64,000 bases of DNA from Candidatus Kapaibacterium sp. (lineage in GTDB: Bacteria; Bacteroidota; Ignavibacteria; Kapaibacteriales; UBA2268), in NCBI GenBank assembly GCA_963665665.1, contig OY762428.1, forward strand, positions 1,056,001 to 1,120,000, in the 5' to 3' direction. Below, piece by piece: positions 19,197-28,900 of this stretch; the stretch's first letter is position 1; each line of letters starts with the position of its first letter. The position numbers were made by a program, and so were the translations under genes. Under the pieces are notes generated by a model. It saw nothing but the letters and a program-made list of their open reading frames with translations, had not been told where the DNA came from and made no database searches.

Positions 19197-19599
19197 TTTC
19201 AATATCAATTTATGTTAAAAATTATTTCCGTAAATAGTCAATCAATCAATAGACATTTCAAAATCATTTAGATTTTAACAGATACAAAATTAAAGAATAT
19301 TATTATACCCGAAACAGAATTATTCTCCGGAATAAAATTTCGATTATAATCGGAATAAATAAGCTACGCCTTGCTTTTTTATTACGAAACAATGAACTAT
19401 TGAATTTTTTCAGATGCGGCATATACCAGCAGTACGTCTTATTCCAAATAGCTTCGGAAGGGCGTTAACAGAAGCGGACCGGTTATAATCGTAAACAGAA
19501 GTGCAGTAAAATACCAGGGGCAAGGAGAAGTTTTTAAAATTTGTACTCTTTGAAATAATTTCCTATTTTATTCCAAATACTTGTGCAAAGGGAAAAAAG

Positions 19600-20715
19600 A
19601 TGAGGGAATTTTCGTATATATTTGTCTTTCTTGTTATTCTGTATTCCTGTGATAATTCCTCCGGAAATAATATTGACAAGTTTTCAGACCTTGAAATTCA
19701 GGTTATCAGTTATGCCGATTCCCTGATTGAAACCAACAATATACCCGGAATATATATATCCTATTCCGAATCAGGCGATAGAAAATGGAGCTGCAGAAGA
19801 GGCAAGGCGAATATATCAGGCAACGCAGCTATTGATCCTGATAACTACTTCAGAATTGGTTCTATTACTAAAACATTCACTGCTTCATTGATCTGGATGC
19901 TGATTGAAGAAGGCAGGATAAGCCCTGACGACTGTCTCCCGGATTTTCAACTTGATAATATAGATACAAACCGGATACTTCATTCAAAATTCATCACCGT
20001 CAGGCAATTGCTGAACATGACAAGCGGCCTGTACAATTATTCAGAAAACGAGGAAATTCAAACCTTGTTTAATCATCCGGAAAAGAGCTATACTCCGCAG
20101 GAATTAATACAAATGGCTTATGATAAAAGCCCGACAGATTTTCCAGGGCAGTCTTATTATTACAATAATACATCCTATGTTCTGCTGGGTTTAATAATTG
20201 AAAAGATAACCGGGAAAAAGATAGAAGATTATCAGAAAGAAAAAATCCTTGCCCCCTATTCACTGAATAATACATTCTATCCTGAAAGCTCTGAACTGCC
20301 CGAACCATTTACATGCGGATATATTCATTATAATGGTAAAAATATTGATTTTACGGTTCAGTATCCCAGTTGGGCATGGTCTGCCGGAGCAATGGTCTCA
20401 ACCTTATCTGATATGGAAAAATGGAGCCTGATCCTTGCCGGTGGAAAGTTCCTTCAGCAGGAAACCATCAAGGAAAGAAATAAGTGGATTGAAGCTATTC
20501 ACGGGATTGATACGGTTTATTACGGCGGGGGTATTTTCAAATTTATGGACTATTACGGCCATTCGGGGGATATTCCCGGCTATATGAGTATAATCATGAG
20601 TAATCCCGACAATAAAAGAACGATAGTTATATCAATGAATAATAACAATGCAAGTATTATCACTGTATTTAAAAATGTACTAACCCTGATCGAAAGGCAT
20701 TACAATGAAAATTAA
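19600..20715 (+). CDS. Serine hydrolase lipoprotein (beta-lactamase class C / D-Ala-D-Ala carboxypeptidase family)
   Basis: Lipobox ILYSC, FRIGSITKTF (SxxK), LLNMTSG, YYYNNTSY (YxN), AGAMVST, GHSG. Confidence 0.88.
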   Translation: MREFSYIFVFLVILYSCDNSSGNNIDKFSDLEIQVISYADSLIETNNIPGIYISYSESGDRKWSCRRGKANISGNAAIDPDNYFRIGSITKTFTASLIWMLIEEGRISPDDCLPDFQLDNIDTNRILHSKFITVRQLLNMTSGLYNYSENEEIQTLFNHPEKSYTPQELIQMAYDKSPTDFPGQSYYYNNTSYVLLGLIIEKITGKKIEDYQKEKILAPYSLNNTFYPESSELPEPFTCGYIHYNGKNIDFTVQYPSWAWSAGAMVSTLSDMEKWSLILAGGKFLQQETIKERNKWIEAIHGIDTVYYGGGIFKFMDYYGHSGDIPGYMSIIMSNPDNKRTIVISMNNNNASIITVFKNVLTLIERHYNEN

Positions 20716-21847
20716 ATATTTTCTGATTTTGGTGATTTTATTAATTAGCAGCTGCAGCGACGACGATAGTTCAGATAAAAATGTATTTACTGAAGAAACT
20801 CAGGAAAAGATAAAATTCATTGTCGACTCCATAGTTGCCGAAAAAGATATCCCAGGAGCCATAATGGCTGTATGGTATGGCGATAAGGGAAGCATGATAT
20901 ATACTACCGGATACTCCGACCTGGAAAACGAAACGCCAATGGAATCAGGATTGAAATTCAGAATTGGAAGCGTAACGAAAACATTCACGGCATCGGTTGT
21001 TTTTCAATTGGTTGAGGAAGGCAAACTCTCGCTTGATGATAAACTGAACAGCTTCCAACTTGATAATATCGAGATGGATTCTATTCCATATTCCAATATT
21101 ATTACTATCGACCAACTGCTGAAAATGACGAGCGGCCTGTATGATTATGCGGATTCGTCCCAGATGTATATTCTTGCAACCGAACCAACGAGACACTGGA
21201 CTGAATCAGAACTAATCCAATATATCTATGGAAAAGAGCCTTATGCCCTGCCCGGTGTGATGTACCACTATACAAATACTGCTTACGACCTGCTCGGGCT
21301 TATTGTTGAAAAGATCACCGGTAATACAATAAAGGAAGAAATTGAAAGTAGGTTTATCTCGAAATTAAATCTGCAAAATACGAGTTTCCCTGATCCGAAT
21401 GACGCATATCTTCTTGAACCCCATGCCGAAGGGTATTATTACTTCCCGGAGGAAAGCAGGCAAATTAACTTCACGGTGCAGGATGTTGGCTGGGCAGGAG
21501 CTGCCGGAGCAATGATATCCAATATCAACGACCTTAGAATTTGGGTTAAGGCGCTTAACGACTGCAGCCTTATTTCAAAGGAGATGACAGATAAACGCTA
21601 TGACTGGCGAACAATGGATACTGATTATGCATTCTATGGCGGCGGATTGATGAAAGTTCTCGGATTTGTAGGCCACTCCGGTGGTATTCCCGGTTTCACA
21701 AATATCACTATGAGAAATGAAAGCGCCGACCTTACAATTATTGTAATGACAAACTATTATGATATCAGGCCGGAACGCATTGGCGGGCCAGAGCATACAT
21801 TCATGAGAATTGTTGAAACAATTGCTCCTGAACTTATTAACAAATAA
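20705..21847 (+). CDS. Serine hydrolase lipoprotein, tandem paralogue of the upstream gene
   Basis: Lipobox LISSC, FRIGSVTKTF, LLKMTSG, YHYTNTAY, AGAMISN, GHSG. Overlaps the previous gene by 11 bp. Confidence 0.88.
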   Translation: MKIKYFLILVILLISSCSDDDSSDKNVFTEETQEKIKFIVDSIVAEKDIPGAIMAVWYGDKGSMIYTTGYSDLENETPMESGLKFRIGSVTKTFTASVVFQLVEEGKLSLDDKLNSFQLDNIEMDSIPYSNIITIDQLLKMTSGLYDYADSSQMYILATEPTRHWTESELIQYIYGKEPYALPGVMYHYTNTAYDLLGLIVEKITGNTIKEEIESRFISKLNLQNTSFPDPNDAYLLEPHAEGYYYFPEESRQINFTVQDVGWAGAAGAMISNINDLRIWVKALNDCSLISKEMTDKRYDWRTMDTDYAFYGGGLMKVLGFVGHSGGIPGFTNITMRNESADLTIIVMTNYYDIRPERIGGPEHTFMRIVETIAPELINK

Positions 21848-21907
21848 TTTGTATTATAATACTGTACAAATCTCAATTTTTCGATTAAATTAATTCATTC
21901 TAAGGTT

Positions 21908-22014
21908 CGGTATAATTTGATTATTTTGATATTTAATCAATGAAATTATACCGGAAATTTTATATGGCAAGGCCTTTAATTGTATAGTCAATCCCAAGCG
22001 AAACCTGGGATTGA
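21908..22014. terminator. Two inverted repeats between convergent genes (possible terminators)
   Basis: CGGTATAATTT/AAATTATACCG (21908-21953) and TCAATCCCA/TGGGATTGA (21988-22014). Confidence 0.4.
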
Positions 22015-22095
22015 TTTCATTTGTATTAGAATAGTCAAACACTGCGATTTGAAAAAATTATTTGATTCAGGATTTCTGAAATTGCATATATTCTT

Positions 22096-23544
22096 TTAAA
22101 AATCCGGTCCCTGATCGTCATCATTCGACCTAAGCCCCGGGGGTTCTTCATATTGAAGCGTAAGATTTTCGAAACGGGCAAAATCTTTCAGGTATGCCAG
22201 GCGAACAACACCCGTAGGGCCGTTTCTTTGCTTACCGATAATTATCTCGGCTGTGTTTTCAGTAGGTGTTTTATCATCATAGGTCATAATTCCGTAATAT
22301 TCAGGCCTGTTCACGAACATAACAACATCAGCATCCTGCTCGATAGACCCTGATTCCCTGAGGTCCGAAAGCATGGGGCGCTTGTCCGAACGGCTTTCAA
22401 CTGTACGATTAAGCTGTGCCAGTGCAACTACCGGTATATTCAGCTCTTTAGCAATCTGCTTAAGGGTCCGGGATATTATCGATATTTCACGTTCACGACT
22501 TTCAGCTTTTGGCGGTGACATTATCTGAAGGTAATCCACAAGGATCATCTGTATATTGTGTTCTTTCATCAATCGGCGGGCTTTGGCCCTGAGTTCCATA
22601 ACCGAAAGCGAGGGAGTGTCATCAATAATCAGAGGTGCTTTGGCCAGCATACCCATCGATTTAACAATTTTATCCATTTCCGGCTGAGTTATCTGCCCGT
22701 TTCTGATTTTTTGCTGGTTAATTTTTGCTTCAGCGCTGATAAGGCGCACAACCAGCTGAACGGCGGCCATTTCAATTGAAAAAAATGCTATCGGGCGATT
22801 ATATTCCTTAGCAGTATTTCGTGCAACAGACAGAGCAAAAGCAGTTTTTCCCATCGAAGGCCTTCCGGCAATAATTATTAAGTCGGAATTCTGAAAACCA
22901 CCAAGCTTATCATCTATTTCATTGTATCCTGTGGGAACACCGGTTGTAACCCCTTTTTTTCTTTCGCGGGCTTTGCCGATAGCTTCGATAGCATCATGAG
23001 CAAGTTTGCTGATTGGCATATAGGATTTATGAATCCTTTTCTCTGCAATAGTGAATATCTTGTTTTCAGCTGTATCAACTTCTTCAAGAGCATCGCTAGT
23101 GTCATCGTATGCACTTTCAATAATTTCAGAAGCTGTAGTTATCATCAGGCGCTTCAGGTATTTCTCCTGAACGATATGAGCAAAATAATCAATATTGGCG
23201 GCTGTTGGTACTTTAGAGCTAATATCAGACAAGTAAAGCGAGCCCCCGGCCTTTTCAAGCAAACCTGTTTTATGTAATTCCTCAGCCACAACCATCAGGT
23301 TCGGTGTTGATCCTTTTTCGGCAATATCTATTGCCGCCTTAAATATCAGCTGGTGCGATTCATTGTAAAAAGCCTCCGGCTGAAGAAGCTCCTGAGCTTT
23401 GGTAACAGCTATCCTGTCAAGCATCATCGAGCCAAGTACATTAATTTCTGCATCAATGGAATGAGGTGGTATCCTGCCTCCCGGATATATATTTTTGGAT
23501 ATATTAGCACCGTTCTTCATATTTCTATTGTAATTTTCTGTCAT
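22096..23544 (-). CDS. dnaB: Replicative DNA helicase
   Basis: PPHSIDAEINVLG, Walker A AGRPSMGKT, FFSIEM, VDYLQIM, AQLNR, SDLRESGSIEQDAD, KQRNGPTG. No intein. Start could be 23544 or 23520. Confidence 0.97.
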   Translation of the reverse strand: MTENYNRNMKNGANISKNIYPGGRIPPHSIDAEINVLGSMMLDRIAVTKAQELLQPEAFYNESHQLIFKAAIDIAEKGSTPNLMVVAEELHKTGLLEKAGGSLYLSDISSKVPTAANIDYFAHIVQEKYLKRLMITTASEIIESAYDDTSDALEEVDTAENKIFTIAEKRIHKSYMPISKLAHDAIEAIGKARERKKGVTTGVPTGYNEIDDKLGGFQNSDLIIIAGRPSMGKTAFALSVARNTAKEYNRPIAFFSIEMAAVQLVVRLISAEAKINQQKIRNGQITQPEMDKIVKSMGMLAKAPLIIDDTPSLSVMELRAKARRLMKEHNIQMILVDYLQIMSPPKAESREREISIISRTLKQIAKELNIPVVALAQLNRTVESRSDKRPMLSDLRESGSIEQDADVVMFVNRPEYYGIMTYDDKTPTENTAEIIIGKQRNGPTGVVRLAYLKDFARFENLTLQYEEPPGLRSNDDDQGPDF

Positions 23545-23790
23545 AATATCAATCAATTTTTCAATTATTAGAATTGTATTTATCACCATTGTAAAATTGC
23601 AGAAATAATTTATGCCATTTTCAACATTTACTACACATACAGTAAAAAAAATGTGGAAAATTTTGTTGAAATCTATTAAAAAACTTGATTTATTAAATTT
23701 TTATGCTAATATTGTGTCTGAATTAATATAATTTTAATATATTTGTTTGGGAAATATGGTGGATGGATTTTTCAGTTTCATGGAGAATGG

Positions 23791-24903
23791 ATGAAAAAGG
23801 TTTTAGTAATTGATGACGCGGATTTTATACTTGAAAGTACATCTACGCTTTTACAATTCGAAGGTTATGACGTTTTCACGGCAGAAGATGGATTAAAGGG
23901 CGTATCGGCGGTTGAAGAACATAAGCCGGATTTAATTTTGTGCGATATATCTATGCCCGGGCTTGACGGCTATGGAGTTTTAGAGAAAATCAGGTCAACA
24001 TCGGAATTTGCAACTACACCGTTTATTTTTCTTACAGCTTTTACAGAAAAATCAAATATGCGTCAGGGCATGGAAAAAGGTGCTGATGACTTCCTCGTAA
24101 AGCCTTTTACAAGGGACGAGTTGATTGCTGCTATCAATGCTCAGTGGAAAAGGCATTCCCTGATAGCACAGCAGGTACAGGAAAAAGTGGAAGAAGTGGG
24201 AAGGAATGTTACTTACGCATTACCTCATGAATTCAGGACTGTTCTGAACCAAGTGGTCGGGTCTGCTAAATATCTTAGCAACAACTCCGACAATGTTTCA
24301 CCGGATGAAATTCTTGAATTGTCCGATGATATTATGTCATCATCTCAGAGACTGCTGAAAATTACAGAAAACTTCCTGATTTACACAAGGATAGAATCAT
24401 TTGTAGCCAATCCGGAAAAACGTCGTCAGTTAAGAACATACAGAACCGATGAACCTTCTGCTATGATTACTGATATTGTTTACCTGCTTGCTGATAATTA
24501 CCAGAGAACCGATGACCTCAGCGTTGGTGAAACTGTAAATCAGATTGCACTCGAAATATCAACCGAGTCAATTCATAAAATTGTACACGAACTTATTGAT
24601 AATGCATTCAGGTTTTCTGAAATCGGTGCTAAGATCAAGCTTGATATGAAAGCCAGGGATAATTTCCTTTATATATCAATATCAGATGAAGGCAGGGGAA
24701 TGTCCAAGGATCAGATTAATAAAGTAGGAGCTTACATTCAGTTCGAAAGAACAATTTACGAACAGCAGGGTGTCGGGCTCGGGCTTGTAATTGCTAAGCG
24801 CCTGGTAGAACTTCATGACGGTATTTTCCAGATTGAAAGCGAAGAAGGAATTGGAACAACAATTACTTTTTCACTTCCTTATGTTGAAAGGCATTACGAT
24901 TAG
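23791..24903 (+). CDS. Hybrid response regulator / histidine kinase (REC-HisKA-HATPase)
   Basis: VLVIDD, DLILCDISMPGLDG, FLVKPF; H-box LPHEFRT; ELIDNAFRFS, DEGRGM, GVGLGL. Confidence 0.92.
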   Translation: MKKVLVIDDADFILESTSTLLQFEGYDVFTAEDGLKGVSAVEEHKPDLILCDISMPGLDGYGVLEKIRSTSEFATTPFIFLTAFTEKSNMRQGMEKGADDFLVKPFTRDELIAAINAQWKRHSLIAQQVQEKVEEVGRNVTYALPHEFRTVLNQVVGSAKYLSNNSDNVSPDEILELSDDIMSSSQRLLKITENFLIYTRIESFVANPEKRRQLRTYRTDEPSAMITDIVYLLADNYQRTDDLSVGETVNQIALEISTESIHKIVHELIDNAFRFSEIGAKIKLDMKARDNFLYISISDEGRGMSKDQINKVGAYIQFERTIYEQQGVGLGLVIAKRLVELHDGIFQIESEEGIGTTITFSLPYVERHYD

Positions 24904-24914
24904 TTCTGATTAAA

Positions 24915-25643
24915 TCAGAATTTGATTGAAAAATTTACTATTGGCAGGCTGACAGGTTCAGCCTGCTTTTTTAATGATTGCAGTTCATCTTCCTCATTAA
25001 GGTATAGAACCAGAAGTCCTGAAGCAGTTCCCATAACTGCCCCGAGAAAGGTATCGGAAAGCCAGTGCTTATCGTAATAAATCCTCGACATCATAGTCAT
25101 ACCTGCTAATGTATAGGATATGATATATGCGGGGGTTTTATTTATCTGGTGAGAAATGATCGTTGCCATTGAAAATGCAAGCCCGGAATGGCCTGACGGA
25201 AAAGATAAGTGTGAATCATCAAACTGAAAAAAATTGAATTTCATGTTGCCTTCATTCAAATAGGGCCTGCTTCTTCCGAAAATTGACTTGACGGCTGATA
25301 TGCTAAGAGTAGTAACAAGTGTTGATTCAATAAGATAAAGTCCGGTTTTCCGGATTTTATCATCCCTTGCAGCAGCCCCTCCGATATATAGCACACCGGC
25401 AAGTCCTAGATTATTATGTATTTCTCCAAGTTGATTTGTTGCCAGGAAAATTCTGTCTCCCCATTTGCCCTTGTTAGCCTGGAAATAGTCCCGAACTGGT
25501 TCATCAGCCAGGAACAATAAGGGAGCGGCAATTCCTGCGGAAATGCTGCTTCCTGCCTTAATATCGAAATCAGAGCAAATCAGCTTGCTAATATTCAGGG
25601 TAAAGATAATTAGAAGAAGTGTTAACTTTTTCATTTGTTCCAT
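24915..25643 (-). CDS. PAP2-family phosphatase (membrane-associated)
   Basis: KSIFGRSRP, SFPSGHS, SRIYYDKHWLSD. Start at 25643 or 25634. Confidence 0.9.
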   Translation of the reverse strand: MEQMKKLTLLLIIFTLNISKLICSDFDIKAGSSISAGIAAPLLFLADEPVRDYFQANKGKWGDRIFLATNQLGEIHNNLGLAGVLYIGGAAARDDKIRKTGLYLIESTLVTTLSISAVKSIFGRSRPYLNEGNMKFNFFQFDDSHLSFPSGHSGLAFSMATIISHQINKTPAYIISYTLAGMTMMSRIYYDKHWLSDTFLGAVMGTASGLLVLYLNEEDELQSLKKQAEPVSLPIVNFSIKF

Positions 25644-25926
25644 ATTTATAAATCCGATAACATCACATTCAAAATTAAACGTTTTTAAAATAATATCATT
25701 GGAATATCTGACATCCGATCTGTAAAAAGGTTTATTTAATCGATTTTTTTGCAAATATATTTTTCAAAAATTATTATTATTATTCAATTTCCCGGATATT
25801 TATGAATATCTGTAAGGAATTCAAACCTGAAATTTTATACAATTTTCACATTTTCATCCTTGAATATTTATTATTAATTATTATATTATTCCACAGATAC
25901 ACTTGTGTAATTATTCCCGGTGAAAA

Positions 25927-28900
25927 ATGTCTGATTTTAAATCAATCCTAAACGGCCTTATTGTGAGATGGAATATTTCTACCTTGGATTCTTCTGAAAG
26001 AAATACTTTGGTAAGTGAAATTTTCAATGTAACATCAATTATTATTGATAAAAACAGCCTTTCGGAGATTCCTGATTCAATCTGGCATGAATGGCTGAAT
26101 ATTAGCGGGAATACATTTTTTTTGAGACATTTATCATCAATGAATCAGGAAAATCAATGGTCTGAACAGGCTTTTAAAATTATTGAGCATAGTAATTATA
26201 CATTGTTAAGGATGTTCAGACAAAGAGTTGAAAAATTTCAGGATAAAACACTTTTCAGGGATATGGGTGGAGACATCCCGGCCGAATGGTCTTATGGCGT
26301 CATTTTCCGAAAAGTAAAAGAAATTGCCGCTGTATTGCACAGGCTCAGGGAAAACGAAACTCCAAGAGTAGCAATTTTATGTGATAATTCAGTAAGCAGC
26401 GCCTGTGCCGACTTAGCCTGCCTCTGCTATGATATTCTTGATACTCCTCTCAGTACACACTTCGAACCGGAAGTAATTCAACACATTATTGAAACTTTAA
26501 AAGTAAATATTGTGATAACCGACAGCCGGGAAAGAGCCTTAAAACTTGCAAAAATCGAATCAAAATGCAATTCTGACTTTACAATTATAACTACAGTTAA
26601 TATTGCTGACTCGGAATTCATGCATTTAGACAGCCTCTGTGCCAAATTGGGCTCCGAGGAAATTGATGATATAATTGAATCAAGGAAAAGGTTCAGAATT
26701 GATGAGGTTGCTACTGTTATGTTCACTTCCGGGAGTACCGGCCTGCCCAAGGGAGTATCTTTTTCCGTATATAACCTGGTTACAAAACGTTTTGCAAGAA
26801 GTGCGGCATTACCATTTATTGGCGATAATGAGACTTTACTGTGCTTTCTGCCATTGTTTCATACTTTCGGACGATACCTTGAGATGTTGGGAACGATCTA
26901 TTGGGGAGGAACTTACGTCTTTGCCGGAAATCCTTCGGCTGATACTTTGCTTGCTCTTTTTCCACGCGTAAACCCATCAATTTTTATCAGTATACCTTTA
27001 AGATGGTTTCAGCTTCATGAAAAGTGCCTTTCTGAAATGGATAAATACAGCGACAGCAGGTATCATATTAAAGCTTTTCGTGCTGTTGTTGGTGAAAGGC
27101 TGCGCTGGGGACTTTCAGCTGCCGGTTATCTGGATCCGAAAGTATTCCGCTTTTTCCATAGAAATGGTGTGGAATTGTGTTCAGGTTTTGGTATGACGGA
27201 AGCAACAGGCGGCATTACCATGACTTCTCCCGGCGGATATGTTGAAGGTTCTGTCGGAAAAGCCTTACCGGGAGTTTATACAAAATTATCAGATAAAGGC
27301 GAGCTGCTGATCTCGGGGCATTATATCGCTTCATACCTGGAAAACGCCAGGCCCGGAGAAAGGATCGAGATACCTGAAGATAATTCCAAATGGCCTGACA
27401 TGCCCACGGGAGATATTTTTCGTGTAGACAGTAGCGGCCATTATGAAATAATTGACAGGCTGAAGGATATATATAAAAATATTAAAGGCCAGACAATAGC
27501 TCCCAAGAAGATAGAAAAGAAATTTGAATCCGTCCCGGGAATTAAAAATACTTTTCTTGTCGGTGACGGTAGAGCTTACAACAACCTGCTGATTGTTCCT
27601 GATAATATGGATCCGGTATTTGTAAATATGCCAGATGAAGAAAACAAGCTTGAATATTTTCATAATATTGTTACAAAAGCAAATGCCGACCTGCCATTTT
27701 ATGAAAGAGTTGTAAATTTTAAACTTTTAGAAAATGATTTTGATGCCGAAAAAGGTGAACTCACGCCTAAGGGATCATTTAATAGAAAAAATATTATTAA
27801 AAATTATTCTAAACTGATTGAAAATTTATACGCAAAAGATCATATTCATTTCTTTATTGATGGAATTAATCTTAAAGTACCATTGTGGTTCTTCAGGGAT
27901 ATTGGAATTCTCGAAGATGATATTCAGGTAATTAATGAAGGATTGATCAATAAAAGAAACAACCAGAAAATCAGAATTGAACAAACTGGTACAAATAGAT
28001 ATATAATTGGTGATTATGAGTATATTTCCAACGATTTAATAATTGATTTTGGCATTTTCTTCCGCCATCCATTTTTATGGGCAGGTAATACAGGCATAAT
28101 GAATTTCGGCAAATGCAAAGAAGGATGGGAAACGAACCTGAAAGGAATTCAAAAAGTAATATTGAGGCCCTATGGAATTCCATCAGGTGTACATCATGAC
28201 GAAGAAGAGCTTATCGGAATAAAATCAGTAAAAATACGCCAGTTACATCATTATTTCCGGGATTCACTTTTTGGTGAAAAATCTGAAGCACTCAATGCAA
28301 TTACTGAGCTCTCCGGATTTCTTGACGAGGGTGACCTAAGGATTTCAGGCCTTGTCCGTTCAAGGATGGAAGCTCTTGCAAGGCATCCCGAAGAAGATGT
28401 TCGCGCAAAAGCATACATGGCACTTTTAATGGCAAAACCCAATATGGATTACAGCAAGGCTTTCCCGGCGTTCCTGGAATCTGGAATGGCCTTTCTTACC
28501 AAGAAAACAATTTATGAACTTGCTGATTCGGATTTCGGTAAAAGAAGGCTTGAACAGCTTCGTCAAAGGCTTTTCAATTACAGAACACAACTAAAATGGC
28601 CAGCCAACGAAATCAGAAGGAAACAATTTAGCCAGATATTCCAGCTTCTTACTTCTTTTGTTTCGCGAAACGAAGAATATTATGCATCTGTCAGGGCTGA
28701 ACTTGCAAGCTGGATACTATTAAAGCATGACAAAGAACTATCAAAAATTGCCATTAAATTCTTCGACCTTCTTTCTGAAGAGTATGAAATGAATCTTCTT
28801 GAAAAGAAAAAATCATATCCGTTTAAATATTGGGAAGATAGAATAATTTTCGAGGACGGCCTTTCTGATTTTGAAATCAAAAATATAAAAAATGTTCTGG

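Noticed and set aside
19410-19530. Structured ncRNA or riboswitch in the GC-richer patch between gpmI and the serine hydrolases
   Set aside because: I could not recognise a known motif or a convincing stem. An Rfam/Infernal scan would be needed.
19600-21847. Bona fide beta-lactam resistance genes
   Set aside because: The motifs are shared by the whole serine hydrolase family and there is no mobile context.
22096-23544. Intein in DnaB
   Set aside because: The length is normal and the helicase motifs are contiguous.
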